NCBI GenBank assembly: GCA_022705905.1
Contig: JAKJDO010000002.1
Location: 8,872-72,871, forward strand
Origin: Patescibacteria group bacterium
GTDB taxonomy: Bacteria > Patescibacteriota > Patescibacteriia > Patescibacteriales > UBA12075
DNA length: 64,000 bases
Direction: 5' to 3'
Below, one piece after another: positions 9,095-22,002 of the stretch (its first letter is position 1; every line of letters begins with the position of its first letter). The notes below the pieces were generated by a model. That model made no database searches. It was not told the origin of the DNA and saw only the letters and a list, made by a program, of their open reading frames with translations. The translations under genes and the position numbers were made by a program.

Positions 9095-10147
9095 ATGGAT
9101 ATCAAGGAGCTATTTAAATTAGCAGCCCAAAAAAATGCATCCGACCTACATTTAGTTGTCGGATTGCCGCCTTTATTGCGCATTGACGGCGATTTGTCTT
9201 ATGTCGAGGGTGAAAATGCATTGGACGAAAAGGATATGGAGAAGATTGTTGATTCTTTAACGACCGAAGAAGAAAAGAAAAGATTTTTGGCAACCCGCGA
9301 ATTGGATATCGGCTGCGCGATTGATAATTTTCGTTACCGTATTAATTTGCATTTTGAAAAGAACAATATTGGCTTGGTAGCTCGTGTTATTAGCGACAAG
9401 ATGCCGAGTTTAGAAGAAATTGGTATACCTAAAATTATTTATAATTTGCTTGATTTAAAACAAGGATTGATTTTAGTCACTGGTCCAACCGGCTGCGGTA
9501 AATCGACAACCCTCGCCGCTATGATTGATTATATAAATAATAATCGTTTTTGTAATATCATAACTTTTGAAGATCCGATAGAATATTTATTTAAACCAAA
9601 GAAAAGCGTGATAGTCCAACGCCAGCTAGGAACCGATATGTTGTCTTTTGCTTCTGGCCTTAAACATGCTTTACGCCAAGACCCGAATGTTATTATGGTC
9701 GGTGAAATGCGCGACTTAGATACGATTGCTGCGACGATTACACTCGCCGAGACTGGGCACTTAGTGCTCGCCACTTTGCATACATACAGTGCCGCCCAGA
9801 CAATAGATCGTATAATCGACATCTTTCCCCCACACCAACAAACTCAAGTACGCATGCAACTTTCTATGACGTTAGCTAGTGTTATCTCTCAGCGCTTGGT
9901 TAGCAAAAAAGATGGTGGCAGGATTGCGGCTCGTGAGATTTTACTTAATACCCCGGCAGTCGCCAACATGGTTCGTGAAAATAAGATTGCGCAAATCAAA
10001 ACCGTTCTACAGACCAATATGAAGGAAGGCATGATTAGCCTCGATCAGGATCTCATCAGACTTTATAAAGACAAGACAATAGAAAAAGAAACTGCGCAGG
10101 TGTATATGGAAAATCCGGAAATGCTAGAAAAATTTAAGCTTATATAA
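9095..10147 (+). CDS. pilT: Type IV pilus retraction ATPase PilT
   Basis: GPTGCGKSTT Walker A, VGEMRD, ATLHT motifs; 350 aa. Confidence 0.85.
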   Translation: MDIKELFKLAAQKNASDLHLVVGLPPLLRIDGDLSYVEGENALDEKDMEKIVDSLTTEEEKKRFLATRELDIGCAIDNFRYRINLHFEKNNIGLVARVISDKMPSLEEIGIPKIIYNLLDLKQGLILVTGPTGCGKSTTLAAMIDYINNNRFCNIITFEDPIEYLFKPKKSVIVQRQLGTDMLSFASGLKHALRQDPNVIMVGEMRDLDTIAATITLAETGHLVLATLHTYSAAQTIDRIIDIFPPHQQTQVRMQLSMTLASVISQRLVSKKDGGRIAAREILLNTPAVANMVRENKIAQIKTVLQTNMKEGMISLDQDLIRLYKDKTIEKETAQVYMENPEMLEKFKLI

Positions 10148-10369
10148 CGCATAACATTAAACACGTAACATATGAAAAGAAAAGTTTATTAATTGATTGA
10201 TTGTTCTAGAATATTACTGAAAGAAACTGTATTCTGTGGAAGAACTGTTAATATGAGAAATGTTTAAAAGTTAGACAAGAGAAAAATTTAATGATTTTTA
10301 ACAAAAAAATGCTAATTTTAGTTAATAAAGATAATGTGTAAGCGTTAAAAATAAAAGAGGGCCTAATTC

Positions 10370-10397
10370 TTGACAGAAATTATAAATACTGTATAAT
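10370..10397 (+). promoter_or_regulatory. Strong sigma70-type promoter (TTGACA, 16 nt, extended TGTATAAT)
   Basis: ttgaca at 10370-10375, tgtataat at 10390-10397. Confidence 0.6.
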
Positions 10398-10426
10398 ATA
10401 AGCACGTGTAAAATTCGATAAAAAGT

Positions 10427-10518
10427 ATGAAAAAAATCAGAATAACTACTAAATATAAAAGCGGTTAATTACTTGCCTAATTAGGTGTTGTAAAGCAACC
10501 GCTGAAGGGCGGTTTTTT
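10427..10518 (+). promoter_or_regulatory. 13-codon leader ORF plus antiterminator/terminator switch upstream of the 23S rRNA
   Basis: ORF MKKIRITTKYKSG (10427-10468). agcggtt (10460-10466) and gcggtt (10509-10514) both complement aaccgc(t) (10497-10503). T6 run at 10513-10518. Confidence 0.4.
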
Positions 10519-10675
10519 GTTTCTTTAAATAAGGCAGTTTGGAAATTTAATGTTGGAAGTTAAAGTAATTTAATTTTCAACTGCAATTTCTAAGAGAAGC
10601 TGAACTTTGACAATTTAAGAGAGCATCTAAAAATATAAGAACCAATAATAAGATTATTAAAATCAATAATGTGAG

Positions 10676-13945
<3,270 letters not shown>

Positions 13946-14001
13946 CACATTATTGGTTTTAAAAAAATTCGTTCATAGTTAAAATATAAAAAGCGCCATC
14001 G

Positions 14002-14118
14002 TTCTGGTGGTCCTAGCGAAGAGGTCACACCTGATCCCATCCCGAACTCAGAAGTTAAGCTCTTCAGCGTCGATGATACTTGGGCCTGAGCCCTGGAAAA
14101 GTAGATCACCGCCAGAAC
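14002..14118 (+). rRNA. rrf: 5S rRNA
   Basis: ttctggtggtcctagcg...cccatcccgaactcagaagttaagc...caccgccagaac, followed by a T-run. Confidence 0.9.
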
Positions 14119-14256
14119 AATGGTGCTTTTTTTGTACTTATATTTTAGCATAGTTATTTGCCAAAGATGTTCAATAATATAATATTGATTATTTTTTTTA
14201 TTTTGGTATAATTAAAATGAGATGCAATATAATAGTTAATTAATAACTTATTAATT

Positions 14257-14664
14257 ATGAAGAATCCTTTAGAGATGTTTCAAAAACCAAAACCATATTC
14301 AAGAGATGAATATGACAAAAAGGCAAAAGCTATAGAGGAAAAACAAGAAGAAGTTGAATTGGCAAGACACTCAGTAATAAGACAAGTTAAAATTTCTAAG
14401 ACAGGTGAATTGCTAATGCGTGAAGGCACCTTTACACCGAAATATTTTGAACAAGCCATTGAAGAAATAAAAAAAGAGCAAGGTAGTTTAAAGAAATTGG
14501 AGGGTCAGGCTCAAAGTGAAGCGCTTGATCTCAATCAAGAATACGATGCGTTGTTAGAAAGAGCCAAAACTGCAAATTTAGAATTGTTAAAATTTCAACA
14601 AGAAAAACTTGGCATGAGAGTTGGGGGAGATGAAATTGAAGCGAGACAAGACAAGGCGGCTTAA
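14257..14664 (+). CDS. Hypothetical coiled-coil protein
   Basis: Track ORF; hairpin terminator at 14685-14720. Confidence 0.45.
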   Translation: MKNPLEMFQKPKPYSRDEYDKKAKAIEEKQEEVELARHSVIRQVKISKTGELLMREGTFTPKYFEQAIEEIKKEQGSLKKLEGQAQSEALDLNQEYDALLERAKTANLELLKFQQEKLGMRVGGDEIEARQDKAA

Positions 14665-14741
14665 ATTATTCAAATTTTTAATACAAAAACCTATGGTGAA
14701 AGAATCATCATAGGTTTTTGTATTTTTACTCAATGAAATAA

Positions 14742-14846
14742 TTAGTTCATCAAAAAGGCTGCTACGGCCACCATGGTGAATCCGCCCATGGCCATGCCGA
14801 TGAAAATTGCCCAGAAAATTATTGAGTAGACGTCAACTTGTTTCAT
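14742..14846 (-). CDS. Possible 34-aa single-TM peptide (MKQVDVYSIIFWAIFIGMAMGGFTMVAVAAFLMN)
   Basis: Hand-translated; locally GC-richer than its AT-rich surroundings; below the track length cutoff. Confidence 0.3.
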   Translation of the reverse strand: MKQVDVYSIIFWAIFIGMAMGGFTMVAVAAFLMN

Positions 14847-15248
14847 AGCTTAAGCCTAATTTATTTATTTTTAGTTAACTAATTTTTAGTATGTGGATGA
14901 ATTAATTTTATTATAACATAATTTTTATTTTTTGGACAGAAAATATATAAAAATATTTTTTATTTTTTAGAAAAAGAAAAAAATGTGGATAACTTATATT
15001 TTTATCAAAAGAATATTGACAAAAATAATATTAAATTTTATTTAATATTAAATAAAATAAGAAAATAATAATATTTTTGTAGAAAAAATATTGACATTAT
15101 TTAATATAGCATTATAATAACAATAAGATCATTCCAACATAGAAAATGCCTAAAAGATGGCTAAAAAAGTCATCTCAAAGCTTTTTAAAAAATAACAAGC
15201 CAACCAAAAACAACGGGGAGTTTTTACAGCTCCCCTCAACTTATTTTT

Positions 15249-15992
15249 ATGGATATCAATATTTTTAAAAAATTAAATTTATCAGAAAAAGAAATAACGG
15301 TTTACTTAAGCTTGCTAAGAAGTGGCGGCGCTTCAATTAGAAATTTAGCGGAAGCATCTAATTTGAATCGAGGCACTGTTTATGATGTTTTAAAAAAACT
15401 ACAAGAAATCGGTTTGGTAAGTTTTTATCATCAAGACACGAAGCAAAAATTTGTAGCTGAGGATCCAGAAAAAATTACTGAGCTAATCCATCTGCGCGAA
15501 CAAGAGCTAAAGCAATTAGAAGTTAAAGTGCAGGAAATTATTCCAGAACTAAAATCATTGCAGGAAAAAGGCGGCGAAAGGCCAGTCACAAAGTTTTATG
15601 AAGGCAAGCGCGGCATTCATTTTATTTTAGAAGACATTCTTGAGCAAATGAAAAAGAGCCACGAAAAAGATTATTATATTTATTCCGCTGTTGGCGTGCG
15701 CGAAGATGTTTACAGCGCTTACCCAGATTTTAACAAAAAAAGAATTAAAAATAATATAAGCGCCAAAACAATTTCTTTGTCTCCTGGCGGCGGTACTTAC
15801 GGAATGGACGATCGCAAATGGTTGAATGTAAAAAGTGAAAGCGAGGGCATGACTTATATTTTAATTTATGATGGTCATTGTGCCTTTATATCTAGAGATG
15901 TTAATAGCAATCCAGTGGGGGTAATTATTGAAAATAAAATGATTTACGAAACGCAAAAGACTATTTTTTTGCAACTTTGGAAATTATTATAA
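15249..15992 (+). CDS. TrmB-family transcriptional regulator
   Basis: N-terminal winged HTH (LSEKEITVYLSLLRSGGASIRNLAEASNLNRGTVYDVLKKLQEIGLV). Confidence 0.75.
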   Translation: MDINIFKKLNLSEKEITVYLSLLRSGGASIRNLAEASNLNRGTVYDVLKKLQEIGLVSFYHQDTKQKFVAEDPEKITELIHLREQELKQLEVKVQEIIPELKSLQEKGGERPVTKFYEGKRGIHFILEDILEQMKKSHEKDYYIYSAVGVREDVYSAYPDFNKKRIKNNISAKTISLSPGGGTYGMDDRKWLNVKSESEGMTYILIYDGHCAFISRDVNSNPVGVIIENKMIYETQKTIFLQLWKLL

Positions 15993-15996
15993 TTTT

Positions 15997-17820
15997 ATGT
16001 GTGGTATAGTCGGCTATGCCGGGAAAAACGAAGCTCGACTAGTTCTTTTAGAGGGACTAAAGAGGTTAGAATATCGCGGTTACGATTCTGCTGGTATAGC
16101 TATTTTAGGCGATGGCATTATTGTGAAAAAGGCGGTTGGCAAAATAAGAGAATTAGAGAGTAAAATAGATGGAGTCAATTTATCTGGCAACTTAGGTATA
16201 GCTCATACTCGTTGGGCTACTCATGGGCAACCTTCAGAAGCTAACGCCCATCCTCATTCTGATTGCACTGGTAAAATTTGGGTAGTGCATAATGGTATTA
16301 TCGAAAATTACCAGACTTTAAAGAAGTGGCTGGAAGAACGAGGGCATGTTTTTAAATCAGAAACAGACACTGAAGTTGTCCCCCATTTGTTAGAAGAATT
16401 TTACGAAGGTAGTATTACCAAAGCCCTGCAACGAGTTGTGAAGATGTTGCAAGGAGCTTATGGCTTAGCTGTTTTACATCAAGACGAACCCCAAAAATTA
16501 ATAGCTGTTCGCTATGGCAGTCCGCTGGTAATCGGTTTAGGCGACGGAGAAACTATTGTCGCCTCCGATGTTTCGGCAATAATCAGATATACTAAACAAG
16601 TTATTTATTTAAATGATGGCGAGATAGCGGAAATTAATAGTTCAGGATTAAAAATTTTAGATTTTGATTTCAATGAAATAAACAGAGAGGCACAAAAAAT
16701 AGAGTGGGATGTCAGTCAAGCAGAGAAAAACGGTTTTTCTCATTTTATGCTTAAAGAGATATTTGAGCAGCCCAAAACAATTTCTGATAGTATTAGGGGT
16801 CGATTGGTAATTAAAGATGGGAAAGTTAAATTAGGCGGCCTCGACAATGTTATTGATAAAATACGTAGTATTGAAAAAATAATAATCGTCGGTTGTGGAA
16901 CTGCCCGCAATGCAGGGTCAATAGGTGAGTATATGCTGGAAGAATATGCTGGCGTCGCCACTGAAGTTGAATATGCCAGTGAATTTCGCTATCGCAAACC
17001 AGTACTAGATAATAAAACGGCCATTATCGCTATCAGCCAATCAGGAGAAACCGCCGATACTTTAGCCGCAGTTAAAGAAGGCAAAGAAAAAAATATTTTA
17101 ACCTTGGGCGTCGTTAATGTTGTTGGTTCGACGATTGCTCGCACCACTGATGCTGGCGTTTATAATCATATCGGTCCAGAAATTTCTGTTGCCTCAACTA
17201 AAGCCTTTACTTCCCAGGTGGCAATTTTAGCTTTAATCACTATCTTGTTTGGTCGTCAACGCAATTTATCTTTGGCTGTGGGAAAAAGAATAGAAGAAGA
17301 ATTATTAATCTTGCCAGATAAAATTGAGAGCATTACCAGACAAAGCGAGAAAATAAAAAAGATAGCTGAAAAATACTGCCATTTTAATAATTTTATTTAT
17401 TTAGGGCGCAAGTACAACCAGCCGGTCGCTGCTGAGGGTGCCCTAAAATTAAAAGAAATTTCTTATATTCATACTGAAGGATTGCCGACTGGCGAGATGA
17501 AACATGGCTCAATTTCTTTGATTGACAAAAACTTTCCTTGCCTATGCATTGCGCCGCAAGACAGTGTTTATGAAAAAAATGTCAGCAACATTGAGGAAAT
17601 AAAAGCGCGTAGCGGTAAAGTAATCGCCATAACTACCGAAGGTAATGATCAGCTAAACAAATTGGTTGATGATGTAATTTTTATCCCCAAAACCTTAGAG
17701 ATGCTAACTCCAATTTTGTCGGTAATTCCGCTACAACTTTTTGCTTATCATGTAGCGGCTTTGCGCGGTTGCGATATTGATAAGCCTAGAAATTTAGCTA
17801 AAAGCGTAACTGTTGAATAA
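15997..17820 (+). CDS. glmS: Glutamine--fructose-6-phosphate aminotransferase GlmS
   Basis: MCGIVGY N-terminal nucleophile, two SIS domains, KPRNLAKSVTVE C-terminus. Confidence 0.95.
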   Translation: MCGIVGYAGKNEARLVLLEGLKRLEYRGYDSAGIAILGDGIIVKKAVGKIRELESKIDGVNLSGNLGIAHTRWATHGQPSEANAHPHSDCTGKIWVVHNGIIENYQTLKKWLEERGHVFKSETDTEVVPHLLEEFYEGSITKALQRVVKMLQGAYGLAVLHQDEPQKLIAVRYGSPLVIGLGDGETIVASDVSAIIRYTKQVIYLNDGEIAEINSSGLKILDFDFNEINREAQKIEWDVSQAEKNGFSHFMLKEIFEQPKTISDSIRGRLVIKDGKVKLGGLDNVIDKIRSIEKIIIVGCGTARNAGSIGEYMLEEYAGVATEVEYASEFRYRKPVLDNKTAIIAISQSGETADTLAAVKEGKEKNILTLGVVNVVGSTIARTTDAGVYNHIGPEISVASTKAFTSQVAILALITILFGRQRNLSLAVGKRIEEELLILPDKIESITRQSEKIKKIAEKYCHFNNFIYLGRKYNQPVAAEGALKLKEISYIHTEGLPTGEMKHGSISLIDKNFPCLCIAPQDSVYEKNVSNIEEIKARSGKVIAITTEGNDQLNKLVDDVIFIPKTLEMLTPILSVIPLQLFAYHVAALRGCDIDKPRNLAKSVTVE

Positions 17821-17837
17821 AATTAATTTTATAAAAT

Positions 17838-18176
17838 ATGACAATTAATGAAAAACAAGTAGGTTGTTCAAACTGCAAGGGCACTAAAATTTTTATAGAG
17901 AAAAATGATGAAGAAGTTGCTCGCGCCTATCTTTACTTTATACAAAATGATTTACGATCGGAGCGCTATGGCTTAATGGAAGATTTATTCGTTGACGAAA
18001 GTTTGCGCGGGCGCGGCATAGGAACAAAATTAATAAAAAAAATTATCAGATTGGCCAAAGAATACGATTGTTATAAATTAATTTGCACTAGCAGGTACGA
18101 GAATGAGAAAGTTCACGCCATTTATGAACGTTTAGGTTTCAAAGATCATGGAAAAGAATTTAGAATTGATTTTTAA
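17838..18176 (+). CDS. Small GNAT-family N-acetyltransferase
   Basis: RGRGIGTKLIKKII acetyl-CoA P-loop-like motif, YERLGF. Confidence 0.75.
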   Translation: MTINEKQVGCSNCKGTKIFIEKNDEEVARAYLYFIQNDLRSERYGLMEDLFVDESLRGRGIGTKLIKKIIRLAKEYDCYKLICTSRYENEKVHAIYERLGFKDHGKEFRIDF

Positions 18177-18177
18177 T

Positions 18178-19146
18178 ATGCAAAAAAAACAAAAAATAGT
18201 TACTATTGGTGGGGGTAGCGGACAGTATGTGCTGCTTTCCGGCTTGCGGGATATAAAAAAAATTGATATTACTGCGATCGTTTCAATGGTTGATAGCGGA
18301 GGTAGTACTGGCAGGTTGCGAGACGAATTCGGCATTTTGCCTCCTGGCGACATTTTAAAATGTACGATCGCTCTTTCGTTTTATCGTGAAGCAGCTCGAC
18401 AAATATTACAAAAGAGGTTTGCAAGTAATAATCGTTTGAATGGTCATGTGGCCGGCAATATGCTTTTGACTATTTTATCTCAATATACCGGTAGCTTTCC
18501 AGAAGGCGTAAAAGCATTGGGTGAAGCTATGAATATTCGAGGGCGGGTTTTGCCGGTGACTACTGACAAGGCTACTTTAGTCGCAGATCTAGATGATGGG
18601 ACTACTTTGTATGGTGAGGGCGTGATTGACGTTCCTAAGTCAGGAAGGAGAGGGAAAATAATTAAAACTTTTTTAGTGCCGCATCACAGCGACAGTATTA
18701 ATGTTTATCCTCCGGTTATCAAGGCGATAGAAGAAGCGGACTTGATTATAATCGGTCCCGGAGATTTATACACCAGCATCACGCCTAATTTTTTAGTCGC
18801 AGGAGTTAAGGAGGCTTTAAAAAATAGTAAAAGTAAAATTATTTATATTGTAAACATAATGACAAAATTTGGCGAGACTGATGATTTTACCGTCAAAGAC
18901 TTTATTTTGAACTTAGAAGGTTTTCTTGGACGCAAGATAAACGTAGCTATTGTGAATTCAAAAAAACCAAAGGGTAAAATGGCCAAAGAATACGAAAAAC
19001 AAAAAGCTGGATTTGTTAAGATAGATGTCGCTGGTAATTGGCAGGGCAGAAAAGTCATAAGAAGAGATTTGCTGAATACAAAAGGCGATTTGGCCAGACA
19101 TGACGCTAAGAAGCTAGCTAATTTTATTAGTCAGTTAATAGATTGA
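18178..19146 (+). CDS. YvcK/CofD-like (UPF0052, gluconeogenesis factor family) protein
   Basis: IVTIGGGSGQYVLLSGLR, VSMVDSGGSTGRLR. The ATG at 18178 directly follows the GNAT stop codon. Confidence 0.8.
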   Translation: MQKKQKIVTIGGGSGQYVLLSGLRDIKKIDITAIVSMVDSGGSTGRLRDEFGILPPGDILKCTIALSFYREAARQILQKRFASNNRLNGHVAGNMLLTILSQYTGSFPEGVKALGEAMNIRGRVLPVTTDKATLVADLDDGTTLYGEGVIDVPKSGRRGKIIKTFLVPHHSDSINVYPPVIKAIEEADLIIIGPGDLYTSITPNFLVAGVKEALKNSKSKIIYIVNIMTKFGETDDFTVKDFILNLEGFLGRKINVAIVNSKKPKGKMAKEYEKQKAGFVKIDVAGNWQGRKVIRRDLLNTKGDLARHDAKKLANFISQLID

Positions 19147-19147
19147 T

Positions 19148-19762
19148 ATGATAATAATTTTTGATCTTGACCACACGTTGATGAATTCGGAAAAATTTAA
19201 AAATTGTTTGCCTGGGATTTTTAAGTTGACTAAAAAAAGATTTTTGTGCGAGATTGACATTTATTTTAAAGGTAAAAAAGATTTATACAGCCCCTTAAAA
19301 CATGCCGTATTAAGATATAAGAACGGTAAAATTAATAAAAAAAGTTATGTAAAAACGAAAAACAAACTTTTTTATTTAGCCAAGTCCACAAATTCATATG
19401 TTTATTCAGACGCCGATCGGCTATTAAAAAAATTGCGTCAAAAAAATAATTATTTATTGCTTTTATCGCACGGAAATTGTCAGTGGCAACGACTTAAAAT
19501 TAAGGGTTTACATATCAAGGGGTATTTTGATAGAATAATTATTACGGATAAGAAAAAAACAGCCGCTTTAAAATTTTTAAAGAATAAGAAAGAGGATATT
19601 CTGATTGTTAACGATAGTTCGCTAGAAAATAAAGAAATGCTTGATTTTTTAGGAAGAGGAAGGGCAATTTTAATAAAAAGTACTCATAGTTACGAGATTA
19701 AACACAATTATAAGTTGCACAGTTTTAAACAAGCAACTAAAGTTATAATGAATAACTTTTAG
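19148..19762 (+). CDS. HAD-superfamily hydrolase-like protein
   Basis: FDLDHTL motif I; LLSHG and VNDS motifs. Confidence 0.5.
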   Translation: MIIIFDLDHTLMNSEKFKNCLPGIFKLTKKRFLCEIDIYFKGKKDLYSPLKHAVLRYKNGKINKKSYVKTKNKLFYLAKSTNSYVYSDADRLLKKLRQKNNYLLLLSHGNCQWQRLKIKGLHIKGYFDRIIITDKKKTAALKFLKNKKEDILIVNDSSLENKEMLDFLGRGRAILIKSTHSYEIKHNYKLHSFKQATKVIMNNF

Positions 19763-19775
19763 CATCGACAAAATT

Positions 19776-20510
19776 ATGATAAAAGTTGTTATTTTAGCCG
19801 CCGGCAAAGGCACGCGCATGAATCATAAATTACCGAAAGTATTAGTGCCAATTAAAGGCAGGCCAATGATTGAATACTTGTTGCAAGCGATTGTTGATTC
19901 GGGTATTAATGGTCGGCCGATGATAGTCGTATCTCCTGATAATAAAGATATAATGCAAAAAAATTTAGCCAATTACGATTGTGATTATGCCATTCAATAT
20001 AAACAATTAGGAACTGGCCATGCTTTGTCTTGTGCTCTGTCTGAAATTGATGAGCCAATTGATCATGTCGTTTCTTTTTATGGAGATCATCCTTTTGTTC
20101 ATCCAGAAACTATAAAAAGGCTAGCTGAATATGAAAACGGCGCCTTGACACTAATGACGACAACTGTATCTGACTTTGAAGATTGGCGAAAAAATTTTTA
20201 TCATTGGGGCAGAATCGTTCGTCATCATGAAAAAGTGGAAGCGATTGTTGAATTCAAAGATGCAACTGATGAAATAAGAAATATAAAGGAGGTAAATCCA
20301 GGTTTTTATTGTTTTGAATATAGTTGGTTGAAGAAAAATATAGATAAGCTAGAAAATAAAAATGCCCAACAAGAATATTACATTACTGACTTAGTGCAGA
20401 TTGCTTGTAGCCAGAACATTGAAGTTGGCACCATTTCAATTGATCCACGTGAAGCAGTCGGCATAAATAGTAAAGAAGAGCTAGAGATAGCTGAGAGTCT
20501 GATAAAATAA
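19776..20510 (+). CDS. Sugar-1-phosphate nucleotidyltransferase (GlmU N-terminal-domain-like)
   Basis: VILAAGKGTRM...LPKVL signature, QLGTGHAL. Confidence 0.75.
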   Translation: MIKVVILAAGKGTRMNHKLPKVLVPIKGRPMIEYLLQAIVDSGINGRPMIVVSPDNKDIMQKNLANYDCDYAIQYKQLGTGHALSCALSEIDEPIDHVVSFYGDHPFVHPETIKRLAEYENGALTLMTTTVSDFEDWRKNFYHWGRIVRHHEKVEAIVEFKDATDEIRNIKEVNPGFYCFEYSWLKKNIDKLENKNAQQEYYITDLVQIACSQNIEVGTISIDPREAVGINSKEELEIAESLIK

Positions 20511-20522
20511 AATTTTTAGATA

Positions 20523-20591
20523 ACAAAAAATCAACTTGTGATTTAGATAGACCTTTTTTAGATCTACCTAAGAAATAAGTTGATTTTTTGT
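20523..20591 (+). terminator. 15-bp perfect inverted repeat hairpin after the nucleotidyltransferase gene
   Basis: acaaaaaatcaactt (20523-20537) pairs with aagttgattttttgt (20577-20591). Confidence 0.5.
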
Positions 20592-20895
20592 TGATGTGTT
20601 GTGTTGATTGTTGATTTGCATTCCGTTTGCTATAAAACGGAGGCATCGAAAGTTTGAAAGAGCGTGGTTGTTTGGGAAAAGAAAAGGGTGTGTGGGTGAT
20701 ATGTTGTTATAATAACAATTATTTTATTGAGCGTCAAATTAAATTTTTTATACTAATTTTAGCCATTTATTAGAAATGTTCAAGTTTTTTTAGATTTTTA
20801 AAAATAAATGTGTGGAAAACTTTTTTTATTTTTTTGATGTTTGTCTTTAAGTTTGATAGGTGATAAAATAAAAGTACTAGCAATAATAAAAAAAC

Positions 20896-21870
20896 ATGGC
20901 AAAAATTAATTATAAAATGATAAAAGAGATAAAAGAGCAACCGCAAGTCATGGAAAAAATCATTAATAAGCATATTAAAGGTAGTGAGATAGTGTTTGAT
21001 GAATTTAAAAAGATGGCTCGCGATTTAAAGAAAATAAAAAGATTTATTTTTTTAGGTTGCGGCTCTTCTTTTCATTCGGCTGTTTATGGCAACTTAGTTT
21101 TTGAAGAAATAACTGGTCTAAATTGCGAAGTTGACTTCGCTGATGAATTTAATAAACGCAACCCGGTAGTCGAGACGCAGACCGTTGTTATAGTTTTAAG
21201 TCAATCGGGAGAGACAAAAGAAGTTATAAAAGCGATTAAAACAGCCAAACAGAAGAAGACATTCGTAATTGGTATTACGAACAATAAAAAATCAAAAATT
21301 GCAAAATTGGTTGACGTCCATATAGACCAAGAAGCTGGTAAAGAAGTGGCTGTGCCAGCAACCAAAACTTTTTCTAGCCAGTTGTTGATTTTATTTTTAC
21401 TGGCTTTATTTATAAGACAAGATGTTAAACGCGGTTTGAAAATAATAAATGATGTGAAAAAAATACCAGCGTTGATAAAAAAAAGTTTGACTGACGAGAA
21501 GGTAATTAAAAAATTGGCGATTGAAATTAAAAACAAACATAAGTTCATTATTTTAGGCCACAAATATAATTACCCCCTGGCTTTAGAGGGAGCTTTAAAA
21601 TTGAAAGAAGCTGCTAATGTTTTTGCTGAGGGCATAACTACGGTCGAATTTGATCACGGACCCAAAGCCTTGCTTAATAAAGTCGAATTGATAAAAATAG
21701 ATAAAAGAATTTTAGAAATTAATAAAAAGAAAATAATAACACCATTTGCGCCAGAGGCAATATTACCGATTGTGTCAGTAATTCCATTGCAGCTTCTAGC
21801 CTTCAATTTAGCTATACAAAAAGGGATAAATGTCGACAAGCCGCAAAATATAAAAAAAATTGTTAAATAA
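20896..21870 (+). CDS. Double-SIS-domain sugar isomerase (GlmS isomerase-domain-like, AgaS/GlmD-type)
   Basis: IKEIKEQPQV, GCGSSFHS, LSQSGETKE; the C-terminal KPQNIKKIVK parallels the GlmS C-terminus. Confidence 0.75.
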   Translation: MAKINYKMIKEIKEQPQVMEKIINKHIKGSEIVFDEFKKMARDLKKIKRFIFLGCGSSFHSAVYGNLVFEEITGLNCEVDFADEFNKRNPVVETQTVVIVLSQSGETKEVIKAIKTAKQKKTFVIGITNNKKSKIAKLVDVHIDQEAGKEVAVPATKTFSSQLLILFLLALFIRQDVKRGLKIINDVKKIPALIKKSLTDEKVIKKLAIEIKNKHKFIILGHKYNYPLALEGALKLKEAANVFAEGITTVEFDHGPKALLNKVELIKIDKRILEINKKKIITPFAPEAILPIVSVIPLQLLAFNLAIQKGINVDKPQNIKKIVK

Positions 21871-21877
21871 ATATTTA

Positions 21878-21990
21878 TGCCATTCCCGCGAAAGCTTGCC
21901 TGCCGGCAGGCAAGCGGTAATCTCCACCCGAACGGCTGGCATTCAGTCGGGCAGACAGAAGTGGATTACGGCTCAAAGTCCGGGATGACA
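21878..21990. repeat. Composite GC-rich repeat (nested hairpins) fused in frame to the 5' end of the next ORF
   Basis: ccattcccgcgaaagc[ttgcctgccggcaggcaa]gcggtaatc ... cccgaacggctggcattcagtcgggcag ... gattacggctcaaagtccgggatgaca. Confidence 0.75.
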
Positions 21991-22002
21991 AGAGCAATAG
22001 AC

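Noticed and set aside
15100-15996. A glmS ribozyme upstream of glmS.
   Set aside because: glmS starts 5 nt after the TrmB-regulator stop codon, so there is no room for the ribozyme. The leader upstream of trmB shows no glmS ribozyme core that I can recognise.
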